64,000 nt of DNA, taken from assembly GCA_963762565.1 (NCBI GenBank), contig CAVXLD010000001.1:768001-832000 (forward strand), in the 5' to 3' direction. Within the stretch, counting starts at the first letter, position 1, and the number at the start of each line of letters is the position of its first letter. Position numbers and translations under genes: made by a program. The notes under the pieces are model-generated. The model was not told the DNA's origin and ran no database searches. It worked only from the letters and a program-made list of their open reading frames with translations. The stretch comes from an uncultured Verrucomicrobiae bacterium (GTDB lineage Bacteria; Verrucomicrobiota; Verrucomicrobiia; Chthoniobacterales; JAFAMB01). Of the stretch, positions 60,505 to 64,000 are shown piece after piece.

Positions 60505-60758
60505 TTTATGCACATTTACATCGCCCACACCCATCCTCCCGTTGATGACATTTCCCTCAATGGAATGCCCAGAAAATCTTACGTTTAAAGAAGTGGAATG
60601 ATTCAGCACTTGAGATTGAGACCCGCTAACTCCCTGTGGTCTAGAGGGTTACCGTTATCGACGCCCGGTGGCTGATCCTGCGCGCCGGTTTTCGTCACCG
60701 TTACATCCAACCCGTTGTGTCCCTCCTTCCCCCTCGGATTGACCATTGCTCAACATTC

Positions 60759-60778
60759 TTATTCACAAGTTATTCACT
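60759..60778. promoter_or_regulatory. Tandem DnaA-box-like sites upstream of dnaA
   Basis: TTATTCACA (60759-60767, fits TTATNCACA) and TTATTCACT (60770-60778), 2 bp apart. Confidence 0.55.
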
Positions 60779-60921
60779 ACTGCCTCTCCGCCCTCTACCC
60801 CGTCGAGCAAGGGATAGACTACTTACCCCCGGAATCAGCGGCAAGAAAAAATTCGGTCCTACCATGCAATATATTTTATCCCGCCCTCAACTACCGCTTG
60901 ACGACCCAAATTCCCCTCTTT

Positions 60922-62601
60922 CTACCCGCTTTTCGTCTCTTCCAAGCTGCGTAACTGCTCTTTTGCCCTCTCCATCTGGCTGGCTGGCGTCCTAAACATC
61001 GAACTAACAAGGAAACAGATCACGCATCCGATGAAGACCCACCAGGAGAAGGCCACGTTGGGGAAGGCCGCCGGCAGCCAACCTCCCAAATTCACCCCAG
61101 TTAACTCCCATTTACCATGCTGCAGAAGCTCACCGATATCTATCCAAGGCACTTCTACCCGTGCTACTATCACAACGATCACTATCGAGATCAGCATAGC
61201 CACGATGTTAGTGCGATCGTTACCGCGCGTCTTGGTTAACATCCCCACCAGAAAAACGCCCAATAGCGCACCATAGGTGTAGCCGATGATTCCCAAGGCA
61301 ATCGGCAAAATCGTCAACTTGGCGTCATGCAGCACACTGTTCGCGGTCGCTGTCGCCACCAGAATCATCAGTCCGCCAAAAACGAATGTCGCCAGCCGAG
61401 CCGCTCTAATAGCGGATTCAGCGCTCTGGCGCCGACCGAAATAGGGCAAATAGAAATCTTTGGTGAAGCTGGTGGCCAGCGCATTCAGCGCGGCTGAGGT
61501 CGATCCCATCATGGTGGCGAAGACGCCCGCCACGATAATGCCCCTCACCCCGATCGGCATCTGGGTTACGATGTACTGAGCAAAAATTTCATTGTCGGCC
61601 GGCGCTGGCGTTAGCGACGGATTAACCTGATAATAAACCCACAACAAAATGCCGACTAACAGAAAACTGATGGCCAGGGGTATGTCAGCTAAGCCGCTAA
61701 GGATTAGCGAGATTTGGGACCGCTTAAAATCGCGGGCAGTTAACATTCGCTGCACCATATCCTGGTCCGTACCATGAGTGGACATGGTTATAAAAGTAGA
61801 GCCAACTAACGCGGCCGCTAAGGTATAGGGATCCTCCAAAATCGACTTCAGACCGGCCCAAAAATTTTCAGGATGATTGAGTCCGGTCTGGAACAAGGGA
61901 GGAATACCTCCTAACTGTTCCGTTACTGTGCTTAAGCCGCCGGGGATGTGAGTTAGGATGAGGCCAATAGCGAGCAATACCGAACTAACCATTAACGTCG
62001 CTTGGATCATATCGGTCCAGACCACGGCCTTAATTCCGCCGATTGCGGTATAGATGGTAGTTAACGCGGTCACGAACACGATCCCCCAGAAGTAGATCCA
62101 GATGTCGATAGGCGTCCCCGGAAAAAGGTATTCCCAAATTACTTTGATGATCACTCCGCCTAGATAGAGCCGGACCCCAATTCCCAGGACCCGGGTCAGC
62201 AGAAAGATCCCGCTGGCCAGATTTTTCGTTAAAGGACCAAATCTGATGTCTAGAAACTCGTAAATACTCTGGACACCATAACGGTAATAGGGCCGGATAA
62301 AGGTGAAGGCGACGATGATTCGGGCCAAGACCGTGCCTATCGCCAATTGGGCGAAGACGAAACTGCGGGTTTTGAAGCCCTCGGCGGGCGTTCCCAGGAA
62401 CGTGGCCGCGCTAGTCTCGGCGGCCACAATGGACGCCAACACCGCCCACCAGGGAATCGTGCGCCCACCTAGAGCGAAATCGGTCAGGTTCCGATTTCTT
62501 CGGCCAGCCCAGAGCCCGATCCCGACAATCCCAAAAAAGTAAAGACAAAGGACGATGACATCTACGCTTAGAGCAAAGGGGCTGTGCCCAAAATCGGCCA
62601 T
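60922..62601 (-). CDS. Sodium:solute symporter (SSS family)
   Basis: LGGR.IPWW, GGIKAVVWTD, GTDQDMVQR; about 13 TM. Confidence 0.92.
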   Translation of the reverse strand: MADFGHSPFALSVDVIVLCLYFFGIVGIGLWAGRRNRNLTDFALGGRTIPWWAVLASIVAAETSAATFLGTPAEGFKTRSFVFAQLAIGTVLARIIVAFTFIRPYYRYGVQSIYEFLDIRFGPLTKNLASGIFLLTRVLGIGVRLYLGGVIIKVIWEYLFPGTPIDIWIYFWGIVFVTALTTIYTAIGGIKAVVWTDMIQATLMVSSVLLAIGLILTHIPGGLSTVTEQLGGIPPLFQTGLNHPENFWAGLKSILEDPYTLAAALVGSTFITMSTHGTDQDMVQRMLTARDFKRSQISLILSGLADIPLAISFLLVGILLWVYYQVNPSLTPAPADNEIFAQYIVTQMPIGVRGIIVAGVFATMMGSTSAALNALATSFTKDFYLPYFGRRQSAESAIRAARLATFVFGGLMILVATATANSVLHDAKLTILPIALGIIGYTYGALLGVFLVGMLTKTRGNDRTNIVAMLISIVIVVIVARVEVPWIDIGELLQHGKWELTGVNLGGWLPAAFPNVAFSWWVFIGCVICFLVSSMFRTPASQMERAKEQLRSLEETKSG

Positions 62602-62624
62602 AGGTGTCGAGTATTGCAGATTTT

Positions 62625-62695
62625 AGCCCGCATTTCTCACAGAAGCGCAGCCCGGAGACGTAGCAGACGCCAGGCTTCTGTGAGAAATGCAGGCT
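62625..62695. repeat. Family E hairpin repeat
   Basis: AGCCCGCATTTCTCACAGAAGC / GCTTCTGTGAGAAATGCAGGCT. Confidence 0.82.
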
Positions 62696-62700
62696 GCGGG

Positions 62701-64000
62701 CTAGCCGGGAACGGTCAACAGCTTCGCCGCCGACTCAGGCAGGAGATTCTTGATCAGAACCCGCGAGTTTCTGCCGCTAACCTCATATTTTGCCCTCCGA
62801 GCAGGGGGCAGTACCTCTGGACCGGCCTCAGAGAAGCCCCCTTTCTGCTGTAGATAGACAAAGGCTTGCGTCGACAGAGCAAATAACCGCTCAAAACCGC
62901 GCTCACGCGCCAGGTTCTCTACAAAGGACATCAATTTGCGGCCTAGCCCCTGGTTTTCGCTCGAACGGCTCACGTAAAGACAAGCCAGTTCCGCCATCTT
63001 CTCTTCGGGGAATGGGTATATCGCGACACACCCGACAATATGGCGATCGATTTCCAGGACCCAATAATGTTCTATATCGGCGATAATTTCAGAACGGGTT
63101 CGCCTGACCAGTTCGTCATCGCGAATGGACTGTTGGATTAGGGAAACCACCGCCCTTACGTCCTTCTTGTACAACCGTCGAATCTGCTCGTACTCGTTGG
63201 AGTAGATCATCGTCCCGATCCCGCCGTTACTGAAAATCTCGGCCAAGAGCGCTTCGTTAACGTTGCCGTTTACCAGATGAACCCGGGGTATACCGTACTG
63301 GCACGCTCGGACTGCATGTTCAAGTTTGGACATAAGGTTCGTTGTGAGCTCCGCTTTCCGTTTTCGAATCACGTCCGCTACCTCGGTCGAAAGGATGTGA
63401 CCGATTCTCTCTCCGTCCAAAACCAACCCGTCGTGAGCCGATAAATAGATCAACTTTGTGGCATGCAACGCCTCTCCCACTTCGAGCGCAACCAGATCCG
63501 AGTTGACCCGATAGGTTCGGCCTTCGCCATCAAATCCAAGCGGGGGGATCACAGGGACAAAATCCTCCCTTAGCAACAAGTCCAACGAGTGAGTGTCAAC
63601 CCTCTCGATTTTTCCAGAATATTGGTAGTCGATTCCATGGATAATTCCGGTGGGGTGGGCGATGACGCAATTTGCGTAGGCGGCCCGGAGATCCACTTGG
63701 GTGAGACCCTCCATGATCTCGTTCGTTAACCGTATTCCCACATCGATCGATAGCTGGAGGGTGGGTGCATCAATGATCCCGGTCCCGTCAATGTTGGAAA
63801 CCGGCATCCCACGCTGAGCGGCGGCCCTTTGGATCTGGAAAGCCGCCCCATGCACCAGAACCACCTTGATGTTCAACGACCTGAGAACCGCGATATCCAG
63901 CAAGATGTTCGGAAAGTTTTCCGACTCCAGGATCTCGCCATTAATCGCAATAACAAAAACCTTATCTCGAAAACGCGTGACGTACTGCAGAATGCCACGG
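62701..64000 (-). CDS. argA: N-acetylglutamate synthase (kinase-like plus GNAT domains), 5' end outside window
   Basis: VLVHGA, AELACLYV, ALSTQA, SGRNSRV; frame open to the window end (RGILQYVTRFRDK). Confidence 0.92.
   Translation of the reverse strand, partial: RGILQYVTRFRDKVFVIAINGEILESENFPNILLDIAVLRSLNIKVVLVHGAAFQIQRAAAQRGMPVSNIDGTGIIDAPTLQLSIDVGIRLTNEIMEGLTQVDLRAAYANCVIAHPTGIIHGIDYQYSGKIERVDTHSLDLLLREDFVPVIPPLGFDGEGRTYRVNSDLVALEVGEALHATKLIYLSAHDGLVLDGERIGHILSTEVADVIRKRKAELTTNLMSKLEHAVRACQYGIPRVHLVNGNVNEALLAEIFSNGGIGTMIYSNEYEQIRRLYKKDVRAVVSLIQQSIRDDELVRRTRSEIIADIEHYWVLEIDRHIVGCVAIYPFPEEKMAELACLYVSRSSENQGLGRKLMSFVENLARERGFERLFALSTQAFVYLQQKGGFSEAGPEVLPPARRAKYEVSGRNSRVLIKNLLPESAAKLLTVPG

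Noticed and set aside
9905..60609. Long N-terminal extensions in the ORF track for purF, purL, obgE, glgA, hppA, argD, sucA and dnaA
   Set aside because: The extensions overlap upstream genes or repeats and lack family motifs, so downstream starts were used.

Overview
64 kb of bacterial core chromosome near the probable replication origin (dnaA-dnaN). Protein style and gene content suggest Verrucomicrobiota (inference). It holds about 52 mostly housekeeping genes: purSQLFM, argCJBDF plus argA, thrS-infC, sucAB, obgE, recQ, ispH, hppA, dusB-rnhB-yraN, a GldAFG-like ABC system, the hopanoid C-3 methylase hpnR and tRNA-Leu(CAG). The unusual content is intergenic. Roughly 24 gaps contain palindromic repeats from at least six families, often stacked as concentric 'Russian-doll' inverted repeats. 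These include six copies of a four-box GGGAGCCGC element, four copies of a GGGAGGGATCGC element whose ~65-bp sub-module occurs in either arm, GTAG-headed REPIN-like doublets and locus-specific inverted heptamer arrays. One repeat copy is interrupted by a complete IS4-family element (22-bp TIRs, 10-bp target duplication) carrying a divergent AbrB/MazE-like passenger gene. No CRISPR array, cas gene or REP-associated transposase is visible. Product calls come from motif recognition only; no searches were run.
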